From an uncultured Actinomycetota bacterium (GTDB lineage: Bacteria > Actinomycetota > Actinomycetes > Propionibacteriales > Nocardioidaceae): a stretch of 64,000 nucleotides of DNA. Below, piece after piece: positions 39,561 to 48,340 of this stretch. The notes beneath the pieces were generated by a model, which had not been told where the DNA came from, did no database searches, and worked only from the letters and a program-made list of their open reading frames with translations. Within the stretch, counting starts at the first letter, position 1. Every line of letters starts with the position of its first letter. The stretch is taken from assembly GCA_963707425.1 (NCBI GenBank), contig CAVPPN010000005.1:128832-192831 (forward strand). Reading direction: 5' to 3'. The translations under genes and the position numbers were made by a program.

Positions 39561-41330
39561 ATGACCTCGAACCACACGGCGCCGAACAAGCCCGCGCCCA
39601 CCGGCCCCGGCCGCGCCAAGCCGACCGCCACCGCGTCCCGTTCCGGACGCCCGCGCCAGAAGCGCGGCGAGGGCCAATGGGCCCTCGGTTACCGCGAGCC
39701 CCTGAACGGCAACGAGCAGTTCAAGAAGGACGACGACGCGCTCAACGTCCGGGCCCGGATCGAGAACATCTACGCCCATCGCGGGTTCGCCTCCATCGAC
39801 GGCAACGACCTTCGCGGGCGCTTCCGCTGGTGGGGTCTCTACACCCAGCGCAAGCCCGGTCTCGACGGCGGCAAGACCGCCGCGCTCGAACCGCACGAGC
39901 TCGACGACGAGTACTTCATGCTCCGCGTGCGGATCGACGGCGGGCAGCTCGACGTGGACCAGCTCCGGGCGGTCGCTGAGGTGAGTACGACGTACGCCCG
40001 CGACACCGCGGACATCACCGACCGGCAGAACGTGCAGTACCACTGGATCCGCGTGGAGGACGTCCCGGCGATCTGGGAGCGGCTCGAAGGCGTCGGCCTC
40101 GAGACGCAGGAGGCCTGCGGCGACTCGCCCCGCGTCATCATCGCCTCCCCCGTCGCGGGAATCGCCGACGACGAGATCATCGACGGCACCTTCGCGGTCG
40201 AGGAGATCAAGCGCCGCTACATCGGGAACCCCGCGTACTCGAACCTGCCGCGCAAGTTCAAGACCGCGATCACCGGCCACCCGAGCCAGGACGTGGTCCC
40301 CGAGGTGAACGACGTCGCCTTCGTCGGGACGGTCCACCCCGAGCACGGGCCGGGCTTCGACCTGTGGGTGGGCGGAGGCCTCTCCACCAACCCGATGCTC
40401 GCCCAGAAGCTCGGTGTGTGGATCCCCCTCGACGAGGTGGCCGACGCCTGGGAGGGCGTCATCTCGGTGTTCCGCGACTACGGCTACCGCCGGCTGCGCT
40501 CGCGAGCCCGCCTGAAGTTCCTGGTCGCCGACTGGGGGGTCGAGAAGTTCAGGGAGGTCCTCGAGTCGGAGTACCTCGGGCGGAAGCTCGTCGACTGCCC
40601 CTCTCCCCCGGCTCCCGAGACGAGCCGCGACCACGTCGGTGTGCATCGCCAGAGGGACGGCCGGTTCTTCGTCGGGGTCGCCCCCACCGTGGGCCGGGTC
40701 TCGGGCAGGCTCCTGTCGCAGCTGGCGGACGTCGTCGAGGCCCACGGCTCGACCCGGATCCGCACCACTGCCCACCAGAAGCTGCTGGTGCTCGACGTCG
40801 AGGAGGACAGGGTCGAGAGCCTCGTCGCCGCGCTCGACGCGATCGGGCTCTCTGCACGGCCGAGCAACTGGCGTCGCTCCACGATGGCGTGCACCGGCAT
40901 CGAGTTCTGCAAGCTCGCGATCGTCGACACCAAGGATCGCGCCACAGCGCTCGTCGCGGAGCTCGAGCGCCGCTTCCCCGACCTCGACACCCCGATCACC
41001 GTCAACGTGAACGGCTGCCCGAACGCCTGCGCCCGCACCCAGGTCGCCGACATCGGCCTCAAGGGCCAGCTGGTGATGGACGAGGACGGCAACCAGGTGG
41101 AGGGCTTCCAGGTCCACCTGGGCGGCGGGCTCGGACTGGACCCGGCGTTCGGCAAGAAGCTGCGTGCGCACAAGGTGACCAGCGCGGGCCTCGACGACTA
41201 CGTGACCAACCTCGTCGACGCCTACCTCGCCCACCGTGCCGAGGGAGAGTCGTTCGCGGCGTGGGTCGCCCGCGCCGACGACGTGCAGCTCCGCGGTGAG
41301 GTCGTCACCAGGACGCTGGAGGCCGTCTGA
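39561..41330 (+). CDS. sirA: ferredoxin-dependent nitrite/sulfite reductase (SirA-like)
   Basis: Within ORF 39513..41330. ATG 39561. Siroheme/4Fe-4S cysteines CTGIEFCKLA and VNGCPNACAR. Confidence 0.9.
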   Translation: MTSNHTAPNKPAPTGPGRAKPTATASRSGRPRQKRGEGQWALGYREPLNGNEQFKKDDDALNVRARIENIYAHRGFASIDGNDLRGRFRWWGLYTQRKPGLDGGKTAALEPHELDDEYFMLRVRIDGGQLDVDQLRAVAEVSTTYARDTADITDRQNVQYHWIRVEDVPAIWERLEGVGLETQEACGDSPRVIIASPVAGIADDEIIDGTFAVEEIKRRYIGNPAYSNLPRKFKTAITGHPSQDVVPEVNDVAFVGTVHPEHGPGFDLWVGGGLSTNPMLAQKLGVWIPLDEVADAWEGVISVFRDYGYRRLRSRARLKFLVADWGVEKFREVLESEYLGRKLVDCPSPPAPETSRDHVGVHRQRDGRFFVGVAPTVGRVSGRLLSQLADVVEAHGSTRIRTTAHQKLLVLDVEEDRVESLVAALDAIGLSARPSNWRRSTMACTGIEFCKLAIVDTKDRATALVAELERRFPDLDTPITVNVNGCPNACARTQVADIGLKGQLVMDEDGNQVEGFQVHLGGGLGLDPAFGKKLRAHKVTSAGLDDYVTNLVDAYLAHRAEGESFAAWVARADDVQLRGEVVTRTLEAV

Positions 41331-41512
41331 TGAGCGAGAGAGCCGTGCCGTTCCACTGCCCCTACTGCGGCGACGAGGACCTCCGCCCGCACGAGACCGA
41401 GCAGGGCTCGGGCCACGGCGCCTGGGAGTGCCGGGCCTGCCTGCGCGCGTTCAGCCTGAAGATGCTCGGGCTGATCACGCCCCGGTCCGTCTCCGAGGAG
41501 GTCCCACGATGA
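41330..41512 (+). CDS. small zinc-ribbon protein of the sulfate-assimilation operon
   Basis: 60-aa ORF with CPYC...CRAC. Its start abuts the sirA stop, and its stop overlaps the cysH ATG (ATGA). Confidence 0.65.
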   Translation: MSERAVPFHCPYCGDEDLRPHETEQGSGHGAWECRACLRAFSLKMLGLITPRSVSEEVPR

Positions 41513-42255
41513 CCGCTCCCACGACGGTGGCCGCCCGCAACTTCAAGGGCAGCAGCACCAACGGACGGAGCGAGGCCGAGCTCAAGGACCTCGTCTCCCA
41601 CGTCGGCGCCGAGCTCGAGCTTGCCCCGGCCGAGCACATCATCGAGTGGGCGGTGGCGACGTTCGGCGAGCGCTTCTGCGTCACCTCCTCCATGGCGGAC
41701 GCCGTCCTTGCCCACCTGGCCTCCACCGTGGCGCCTGGCATCGATGTGGTGTTCCTGGACACCGGCTACCACTTCGCCGAGACGATCGGCACGCGTGACG
41801 CCGTTGCGGCCACGTTGCCGGTGAACCTCCTGACCATCTCCCCCAAGCAGTCGGTCGCCGAGCAGGACGCGACGCATGGTCCGGATCTCCACAAGCGCGA
41901 CCCCGACCTGTGCTGCGCACTGCGCAAGGTGGCGCCGCTGCGGGACGCCCTGGCGGGCTACGACGCCTGGGCGACGGGTCTGCGTCGTCAGGAGACCCCC
42001 GACCGCGTCATCGCACCGGTGGTCGGATGGGACGAGAAGAAGCGGAAGGTGAAGGTCTCTCCGCTCGCCCGGTGGTCCGACGACGACGTCGACCGCTACA
42101 TCGCCGAGAACGGCGTACTCGTGAACCCGTTGCAGTACGACGGCTACCCGTCCATCGGATGCCGGCCGTGCACGCGCCAGGTGCTGCAGGGCGAGGACCC
42201 GCGCAGCGGGCGCTGGTCCGGCACCAACAAGACCGAGTGCGGGATCCACGCATGA
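41509..42255 (+). CDS. cysH: adenosine/phosphoadenosine 5'-phosphosulfate reductase (Fe-S type)
   Basis: Within ORF 41236..42255. ATG 41509. DTGYHF, CCALRKV, GCRPCT, C-terminal ECGIH. Confidence 0.9.
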   Translation: MTAPTTVAARNFKGSSTNGRSEAELKDLVSHVGAELELAPAEHIIEWAVATFGERFCVTSSMADAVLAHLASTVAPGIDVVFLDTGYHFAETIGTRDAVAATLPVNLLTISPKQSVAEQDATHGPDLHKRDPDLCCALRKVAPLRDALAGYDAWATGLRRQETPDRVIAPVVGWDEKKRKVKVSPLARWSDDDVDRYIAENGVLVNPLQYDGYPSIGCRPCTRQVLQGEDPRSGRWSGTNKTECGIHA

Positions 42256-42348
42256 CAACCGCGCTCACAGCATCAACCGGAGCCAGGCCGCCGACAGCGT
42301 CGTCGCCGCGTCCGACCCCGACCCCGACCCCGTGAGGAGGCCGAAATC

Positions 42349-43092
42349 ATGACCGCTCCAGCACTGGTGGCCCTGGCTCATGGCAGCCGCGACCCCCGAT
42401 CCGCAGAGACGATCCAGGCTCTGTGTGCGGAGGTCCGCACCATGCGCCCGGACCTGCGCATCGAGGCGGCCTTCCTCGAGCTGTCGAAACCGTCGTTCTC
42501 CTCTGTCGTCGACAAGCTGGTGAAGGCCGGGTACGACGAGATCGTCGTCGTACCGCTGCTGCTGACCGAGGCCTACCACGCGAAGGTCGACGTCCCCTCC
42601 GCCGTCGCCGAGGCCATGGCCAAGCACGAGGGGCTCCAGATCCGGGCGACGAACATCCTCGGCCTGGAGACGGCCTTCCTCGAGGTCCTCGACCGCCGGC
42701 TGCGCACCGCGCTCAAGGCGGCGAGGGTGCGTGAGCTCGACGCCCTGGTCCTCGCCGGTGCCGGGTCGTCGGACCCGCTCGCCAACCAGGCCGTGGCGAG
42801 GCTGGCGCGACTCTGGGGCACCAAGCACCGGCTCCCGACCGTGGCGGCCTATGCCTCGGCGGCTCCCCCGACCACAGGCGAGGCGGTCCGCCAGTTCCGC
42901 CGGGAGGGGCGCCGGCACATCGCGGTGGGGTCGCTGTTCCTCGCCCCCGGCACCCTTCCGGACCGCGCCGCCGAGCTGGCCGTCGAGGCGGGCGCGGTCG
43001 CCGTGTCCGCACCGCTGGGCGCCGACACCGAGGTGGCCCGGACGATCCTGGCCCGCTACGCCGTCGGCGCGGTGGAGCTGGTCCCGGTCTGA
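42349..43092 (+). CDS. sirB: sirohydrochlorin chelatase (CbiX/SirB)
   Basis: 247-aa ORF. LVALAHGSRDPR and a second half-domain repeat. Operon context. Confidence 0.85.
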   Translation: MTAPALVALAHGSRDPRSAETIQALCAEVRTMRPDLRIEAAFLELSKPSFSSVVDKLVKAGYDEIVVVPLLLTEAYHAKVDVPSAVAEAMAKHEGLQIRATNILGLETAFLEVLDRRLRTALKAARVRELDALVLAGAGSSDPLANQAVARLARLWGTKHRLPTVAAYASAAPPTTGEAVRQFRREGRRHIAVGSLFLAPGTLPDRAAELAVEAGAVAVSAPLGADTEVARTILARYAVGAVELVPV

Positions 43093-43103
43093 GCCCGGTC
43101 CGA

Positions 43104-43170
43104 CCTACGAGGGACGTCATACGTCTCGGACGCGTGGGGAGCCGAGACGTATGACGTCGCCCCTCGTTAG
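43104..43170. repeat. long imperfect inverted repeat (about 26-bp arms) between sirB and lpd
   Basis: CCTACGAGGGACGTCATACGTCTCGG (43104-43129) against CCGAGACGTATGACGTCGCCCCTCGTTAGG (43141-43170). Core 16 bp perfect. Confidence 0.8.
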
Positions 43171-43180
43171 GCTCTGACCC

Positions 43181-44581
43181 ATGAGCCAGCACTACAACGT
43201 CCTTGTCCTCGGCGCCGGTCCCGGCGGGTACGTCGCCGCCATCCGCGCTGCCCAGCTCGGCCTGTCCACGGCCATCGTCGAGGAGAAGTACTGGGGAGGC
43301 GTGTGCCTCAACGTCGGGTGCATCCCGTCGAAGGCGCTGCTGCGCAACGCGGAGCTCGCCCACCTCGTGCGCGACAAGGGCTCGACGTTCGGGATCAGCT
43401 CCGACGGCGAGATCCGCTTCGACTACGGTGCCGCGTTCAAGCGCAGCCGTGAGGTGGCGGAAGGCCGCGTCAAGGGCGTGCACTTCCTGATGAAGAAGAA
43501 CAAGATCACCGAGTTCCAGGGACGCGGGTCCTTCACCGACGCCAACACCGTCGAGGTCACGCTGAACGACGGCGGCACCGAGACCGTCACCTTCGACAAC
43601 TGCATCATCGCCACGGGCGCGTCGACCCGACTGCTCCCCGGGACCTCGCTGTCCGACCGGGTCGTGACCTACGAAGAGCAGATCATGACCGACAACCTGC
43701 CCGAGAGCATCGTCATCGCCGGCGCTGGGGCGATCGGCGTCGAGTTCGCCTACGTCATGCACAACTACGGCGTGAAGGTGACCATCGTCGAGTTCCTCGA
43801 CCGGATGGTCCCGCTCGAGGACGCCGAGGTCTCCAAGGAGCTCGCCAAGGCCTACAAGAAGGCGGGCATCGAGGTCATGACGTCGACCCGCGTCGACTCG
43901 ATCGACGAGACGGGCGACAAGCTGAAAGTCACGGTCACGAAGGGTGACCAGCAGCAGGTGCTCGAGACCGACAAGGTCATGCAGGCGATCGGCTTCGTGC
44001 CGCGAGTGGAGGGCTACGGCCTCGAGAACACCGGGGTGAAGCTCACCGACCGCGGCGCCATCGACATCGATGACTTCATGCGCACCAGCGTCCCGAACAT
44101 CTACGCCATCGGCGACGTCACCGCCAAGCTGATGCTGGCGCACGCGGCCGAGGCGATGGGGGTGATCGCCGCCGAGACGATCGCCGGCGCCGAGACCATG
44201 GAGCTCGACTACCGGATGATCCCGAAGGCGACGTTCTGCTCGCCGCAGGTCGCGAGCTTCGGCTACACCGAGGAGCAGGCGCGCGACGAGGGCTTCGACG
44301 TCAAGGTCGCGAAGTTCCCGTTCACCGCGAACGGCAAGGCCCATGGCCTTGCGGAGCCGGGTGGCTTCGTGAAGCTCATCTCCGACGCCAAGTACGGCGA
44401 GCTCCTCGGCGCGCACATGATCGGCGCCGAGGTGACCGAGATGCTGCCCGAGCTCACCCTCGCCCAGAAGTGGGACCTGACGACGACCGAGCTGGCCCGG
44501 AACGTGCACGCGCACCCGACCCTGACCGAGGCGATCCAGGAGGCGATCCACGGCCTCGAGGGTCACATGATCAACTTCTGA
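43181..44581 (+). CDS. lpdA: dihydrolipoyl dehydrogenase
   Basis: 466-aa [20 protein letters not shown], redox-active [11 protein letters not shown]-terminal HAHPTLSE-like HAHPTLTE. Confidence 0.95.
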   Translation: MSQHYNVLVLGAGPGGYVAAIRAAQLGLSTAIVEEKYWGGVCLNVGCIPSKALLRNAELAHLVRDKGSTFGISSDGEIRFDYGAAFKRSREVAEGRVKGVHFLMKKNKITEFQGRGSFTDANTVEVTLNDGGTETVTFDNCIIATGASTRLLPGTSLSDRVVTYEEQIMTDNLPESIVIAGAGAIGVEFAYVMHNYGVKVTIVEFLDRMVPLEDAEVSKELAKAYKKAGIEVMTSTRVDSIDETGDKLKVTVTKGDQQQVLETDKVMQAIGFVPRVEGYGLENTGVKLTDRGAIDIDDFMRTSVPNIYAIGDVTAKLMLAHAAEAMGVIAAETIAGAETMELDYRMIPKATFCSPQVASFGYTEEQARDEGFDVKVAKFPFTANGKAHGLAEPGGFVKLISDAKYGELLGAHMIGAEVTEMLPELTLAQKWDLTTTELARNVHAHPTLTEAIQEAIHGLEGHMINF

Positions 44582-44591
44582 CTCCCCGACT

Positions 44592-44633
44592 TGTCAGGGT
44601 GTGAGGGGGTCATGGCCCGCTCACACCCTGACA
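44592..44633. terminator. bidirectional terminator hairpin (perfect 14-bp stem)
   Basis: TGTCAGGGTGTGAG (44592-44605) pairs with CTCACACCCTGACA (44620-44633). Lies between convergent genes. Confidence 0.75.
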
Positions 44634-44641
44634 GGTTGGCG

Positions 44642-45169
44642 TCAGGCCAGGGTCTCGCAGAGGTTCTCCACGGTTCCGTGGCCGGACGTCAGGGTCCGGT
44701 GGCCCTCGGCGTCCGAGTACAAGACATACTGCGTGCCCGTGACCACGTAGTAGCCCTGCTCCGGGTCGTCGCCGGCTCGGAGACCGCCCCCGAAGTGGCC
44801 GCCCACCGCCGTCAGGCTCCAGGAGCCGTCGGCGAAGTACTCGAAGTCACCACGACCCGTCAGGTTGCGCTCCACAGACGCGCCTGTGTCGGTGTTGATG
44901 AAGCGGATCACCAGCTGGCCCGTGAACTCCTGGACGCGCGGGGAGCCGTCCGGGAACGTCTCCGTGGTCCGGTACCGCTCCTTGTCGCTGATGACCTCTC
45001 CCGCAAGCCCGAACGCACAGAGCGCACCGGCCGGCCTGCTGAAGCCCGCTGTCTCGTAGGGCGACCACGGTGACGGCCCGTCCTCCGTCGACGCGCCCGC
45101 GGGAGCCATGCCCGCCACCGCCGCGAGCACCGCGACAGAGGCTGTCGAGATCGACCTGAACCCCATCAA
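44642..45169 (-). CDS. hypothetical secreted protein
   Basis: 175-aa ORF with signal peptide MMGFRSISTASVAVLAAVAGMAPAGAS. No motif recognised. Confidence 0.6.
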   Translation of the reverse strand: MMGFRSISTASVAVLAAVAGMAPAGASTEDGPSPWSPYETAGFSRPAGALCAFGLAGEVISDKERYRTTETFPDGSPRVQEFTGQLVIRFINTDTGASVERNLTGRGDFEYFADGSWSLTAVGGHFGGGLRAGDDPEQGYYVVTGTQYVLYSDAEGHRTLTSGHGTVENLCETLA

Positions 45170-45259
45170 AGAACTCCTAACCGTTTGTTTTACCTTAACC
45201 GGTTAGCAGCCAACCATGTCGGACTGGCACATGGCAACGGTTGAGGCCAGAATCAACGC

Positions 45260-45865
45260 ATGCACTGGGTCGAGGTCGACGGTCTCCGGCTACCGCGACG
45301 CATCGGTGGCCACGCCGCTCTGGACTTCTGCAACACGTGGGCGGGCTGGGGCGAGCCTGCCGACCCCCGCCGGGAATGGCTGCCGGACTACGACCGGCTC
45401 ACCGCGTGGTGCGGCTACGCCGAGCTCCTGGACGCCGAGAGCGTGGAGCGGCTTCGCCGGACCGCACGCCGGCGTCCCGGCCACGCAGCAGAGGTGCTCT
45501 CCACGGCGCGTTCCCTTCGCACGAACCTGCACACCGCCGCCCTCGACCCCGGGGACGGTCGCGCCCTGGCAGGAGTCTCCGCATTGGTACGGGAGGCCGG
45601 GCAGTACGCCGTCCTCCGCCCCGGCCCCGACGGCCATGCCCACTGGGAGTTCCAGCGTGGGGCAGGCCTTGCCCTGCCCGTGCTCGCAGTGGCGCGCGCC
45701 GCTGCCGACCTGCTCACCAGCCCACATCTTGCGCTCGTGAAGGCGTGCCCCGGCCACGACTGCGGCTGGTTGTTCCTTGACCGGCGCGGGCGCAGACGCT
45801 GGTGCAGCATGAGCGCCTGCGGCAACCGCGCGAAGGTGCGCGCACACGCCGAGCGCACCCGCTGA
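45260..45865 (+). CDS. CGNR zinc-finger (ABATE) domain protein
   Basis: C-terminal CPGHDCGWLFLDRRGRRRWCSMSACGNRAKVRAHAER. Confidence 0.85.
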   Translation: MHWVEVDGLRLPRRIGGHAALDFCNTWAGWGEPADPRREWLPDYDRLTAWCGYAELLDAESVERLRRTARRRPGHAAEVLSTARSLRTNLHTAALDPGDGRALAGVSALVREAGQYAVLRPGPDGHAHWEFQRGAGLALPVLAVARAAADLLTSPHLALVKACPGHDCGWLFLDRRGRRRWCSMSACGNRAKVRAHAERTR

Positions 45866-45869
45866 CTTG

Positions 45870-46094
45870 TCAGTGGACGAACTTGTGGACCCGCCGGATC
45901 AGGTCCATGCTCGGGTACTGGTCCGCCTCTACGCGCTCCACGAGCATCTCGACGTAGGCCGGTACCTCCGGAGGTCGGAGCAGCGACTCGACGATGTCGA
46001 GCATCGTCGCCGACGGATAGCGGTCCTGCTCGACCTTGCGCATCAGGAACCGCAACAGCTCGACACGAGCGTCGTCCCTCTGGTCGGTAGGCAT
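45870..46094 (-). CDS. hypothetical small protein
   Basis: Within ORF 45870..46184. GGAGGGGG RBS before ATG 46094 (MPTDQRDDARVELLRFLMRKVEQDRYPS). Confidence 0.55.
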   Translation of the reverse strand: MPTDQRDDARVELLRFLMRKVEQDRYPSATMLDIVESLLRPPEVPAYVEMLVERVEADQYPSMDLIRRVHKFVH

Positions 46095-46185
46095 GTGACC
46101 CCCTCCGTACGCCGTTTCATGCCCCGCCAGGAAGCATCCCCGCCGGAGCACCCTCCCTTCCCAGGCTAGGCCGGAAACGGCCATT

Positions 46186-46250
46186 GCGTCAGGTCAGCGC
46201 GTCAGGTGAGCGCGTCAGGTGAGCGCGTCAGGTGAGCGCGTCAGGTCAGC
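46186..46250. repeat. 13-bp tandem repeat x5 (GCGTCAGGT[G/C]AGC)
   Basis: Copies at 46186, 46199, 46212, 46225 and 46238. Outer copies read GGTCAGC and the inner three GGTGAGC. The last copy overlaps the DUF3037 stop codon. Confidence 0.95.
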
Positions 46251-46629
46251 TGACAAGGGTCTCCAGCAAGTGCTCGAGGTGGCGGGCGGGGTCGCCGGTG
46301 ACGCCGCCGTGGATCGGCCCTGGTTGCACCACGGTGCTCCGCGGCGCGCTCACGAACCCGAACCGGGTCCCGAGAGCGGTACGGCCCGCCGCCCCCACCG
46401 ACTCGTCGCCCCGGCAGACCGCCTCGACGGTCGCGAGGGCCGACCTGACGGCGTCGACGTCCACCTCGGGGTCGAGCACGGACAGCCGCTCGGCTCTCAC
46501 ATGGCACTGCGCTTCGAGGAAGCCGGCCTGCTGGCAGTAGAGCACGACGCCGACGTTGACGAACTCCTCCCGGTCCACACGCGGCATGCAGCGCAGCACG
46601 ACGTACTGGAAGCCCATCCGGTCGCTCAT
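46246..46629 (-). CDS. DUF3037-like protein
   Basis: 127-aa ORF. FQYVVLRCMPRVDREEFVNVGVVLYC, which I recognise as the DUF3037 N-terminal block. ATGA overlap with the upstream kinase-like gene. Confidence 0.7.
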   Translation of the reverse strand: MSDRMGFQYVVLRCMPRVDREEFVNVGVVLYCQQAGFLEAQCHVRAERLSVLDPEVDVDAVRSALATVEAVCRGDESVGAAGRTALGTRFGFVSAPRSTVVQPGPIHGGVTGDPARHLEHLLETLVS

Positions 46630-47396
46630 GCAGCACTCTCCACCGGCAGCCAGCCGCGCCGTCTCGAGACCCGGGCCAGCAGGAAGTCCACGTAGGCAGC
46701 CCGCACGACCTCGTCACGCTCGTGACCGGGCAGCGGCTCGATCCATTGGTGTGGCACCTGTGCGACCACGTCCTCGAGCAGCTCACGGGTGACCATCGGC
46801 GCGAGCTCCGCGTCGGCGTCCGGCACCCCGGACAGGTGGGCTGCGAGGACGTGGTCCGACGCGTCGTACGGCTGCCTGGCGAACCTGTCCGCGTGGCCGA
46901 TGCCGTAGGTCCAGGCGTGATGGAAGTACAGCGCCGCACCGTGGTCGATGCACCACAGCTGCTTGTGCCAGACGAGCAGGTTCGGGTTGCGCCAGCTCCG
47001 GTCCACGTTCGCGACGAACGCGTCGAGCCAGATGATCTTCGCGGCCACCTCGGGGTCGGGGTCGAAGCCAGTGTCGAAGCCGAACGCCCCTGGCAGGAAG
47101 TCGATGCCGAGGTTGAGGCCGACGCTTGCGGTGAGCAGGTCCTGGACCTCCTCGTCCGCCTCGTACCTTCCGATCGCGGCGTCGAGCTGGACCGCGGCGA
47201 GGACCGGCGTGTTCAGCCCGAGCCTGCGGGCCAGCTCGCCGACGATGACCTCGGCGACGAGCACCTTGACGCCCTGTCCGGCGCCCCGGAACTTGCAGAC
47301 GTAGGTGCCCAGGTCGTCGGCCTCCACCAGCCCGGGCAGGGAACCGCCCTCACGCAGCGGCGTGACGTACCGGGTCGCGGCAACGGTCGGGATCAC
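46626..47396 (-). CDS. HipA-like kinase-fold protein
   Basis: Within ORF 46626..47729. GTG 47396 (VIPTVAATRYVTPLREGGSLPGLVEADD). FVANVDRSWRNPNLLVW...CIDHG resembles the HipA catalytic and Mg loops. Confidence 0.65.
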   Translation of the reverse strand: MIPTVAATRYVTPLREGGSLPGLVEADDLGTYVCKFRGAGQGVKVLVAEVIVGELARRLGLNTPVLAAVQLDAAIGRYEADEEVQDLLTASVGLNLGIDFLPGAFGFDTGFDPDPEVAAKIIWLDAFVANVDRSWRNPNLLVWHKQLWCIDHGAALYFHHAWTYGIGHADRFARQPYDASDHVLAAHLSGVPDADAELAPMVTRELLEDVVAQVPHQWIEPLPGHERDEVVRAAYVDFLLARVSRRRGWLPVESAA

Positions 47397-47439
47397 CCGG
47401 CCAAACCTACCCGGCTCGAGGTCGGGGTGTGGCGAACCG

Positions 47440-48312
47440 TCAGGACACGGGATCCTGTTCCAGGAGCCTCCGGCGCTGCTCCTCGACGTCGAACGCGGGC
47501 TTCGGCCATCCGGGCTCGAGCGTCCGCATTGTCTCCAGCAGCACAGCGCCAACCGCCCAGTTGCGGTACCACTTCCTGTCGCTCGGGACCAGCAGCCATG
47601 GCGCCGCCGACGTGTTGCACCTCCCGAGTGCCACTTCGTACGCCTCCTGGTAGGACGACCACAGCGCTCGGTCGTCGATGTCCCCCGGGTCGAACTTCCA
47701 GAGCTTGGTCGGGTCGTCGAGCCGGGCAAGGAGACGCTCTCGCTGCTCCTCCGGGGAGATGTGCAGCATGCACTTCACGACCGTCGTGCCCGAACCGACC
47801 AGCTCCTCCTCGAAGCGGTTGATCGCGTCATACCGCTCCTCGATCTCCGACCCGGGCGAGAGCCCGCGGACCCGGGCAACCAGGACGTCCTCATAGTGCG
47901 AGCGGTCGAACACGCCGATCTGGCCGGGCGCCGGAAGCTCCCGTCGGATCCGCCAGAGGAAGTCGTGCCGCCTCTCCTCGTCCGTGGGCGCGCCGAACGC
48001 CTTGATGCGCACGCCCTGCGGGTCGAAGAGGTCCACGGTGTGCCGCATGACCCCGCCCTTGCCCGCGGTGTCCATCCCCTGCAGCACCAGCAGCAGGCTG
48101 CGGCTCCCGCCGGTGCGTCCCTCGGCGAACAGCCGCTCCTGCAGGTCGGACAGCTCGTCGTCCATGGCCGCCAGGGCCGCCTTCCCGGCAGCCTTGCCTC
48201 CGTCGAACTCCGGCGTGGCCCGGGGGTCCTGCGACGCCAGGTCGACCTTCCCCGGCGGAACCGTGAGGGCCTTGACGACAGAGCCGGCGCGCTTGCGCTT
48301 CGACTTCCCCAT
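47440..48312 (-). CDS. polyphosphate kinase 2 family protein
   Basis: 290-aa ORF. LQGMDTAGKGG Walker-A-like, FDRSHYE, and lid region, typical of PPK2. Confidence 0.85.
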   Translation of the reverse strand: MGKSKRKRAGSVVKALTVPPGKVDLASQDPRATPEFDGGKAAGKAALAAMDDELSDLQERLFAEGRTGGSRSLLLVLQGMDTAGKGGVMRHTVDLFDPQGVRIKAFGAPTDEERRHDFLWRIRRELPAPGQIGVFDRSHYEDVLVARVRGLSPGSEIEERYDAINRFEEELVGSGTTVVKCMLHISPEEQRERLLARLDDPTKLWKFDPGDIDDRALWSSYQEAYEVALGRCNTSAAPWLLVPSDRKWYRNWAVGAVLLETMRTLEPGWPKPAFDVEEQRRRLLEQDPVS

Positions 48313-48340
48313 GCACGGAGTATGCCGCAGCGCCCGGGAC

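Noticed and set aside
39276-41234. Very long antisense or alternate-frame ORFs. Examples: 39276-41234 (-) opposite sirA, 35991-37631 (-) opposite the aidB-like gene, 23552-24940 (-), 53883-55379 (-), 59096-60778 (-), 42713-44566 (-), 25055-26812 (+).
   Set aside because: They overlap genes with clear family motifs. Their translations are Arg/Pro/Gly/Ala-rich low-complexity strings. Stop-poor alternate frames are expected at this GC content.
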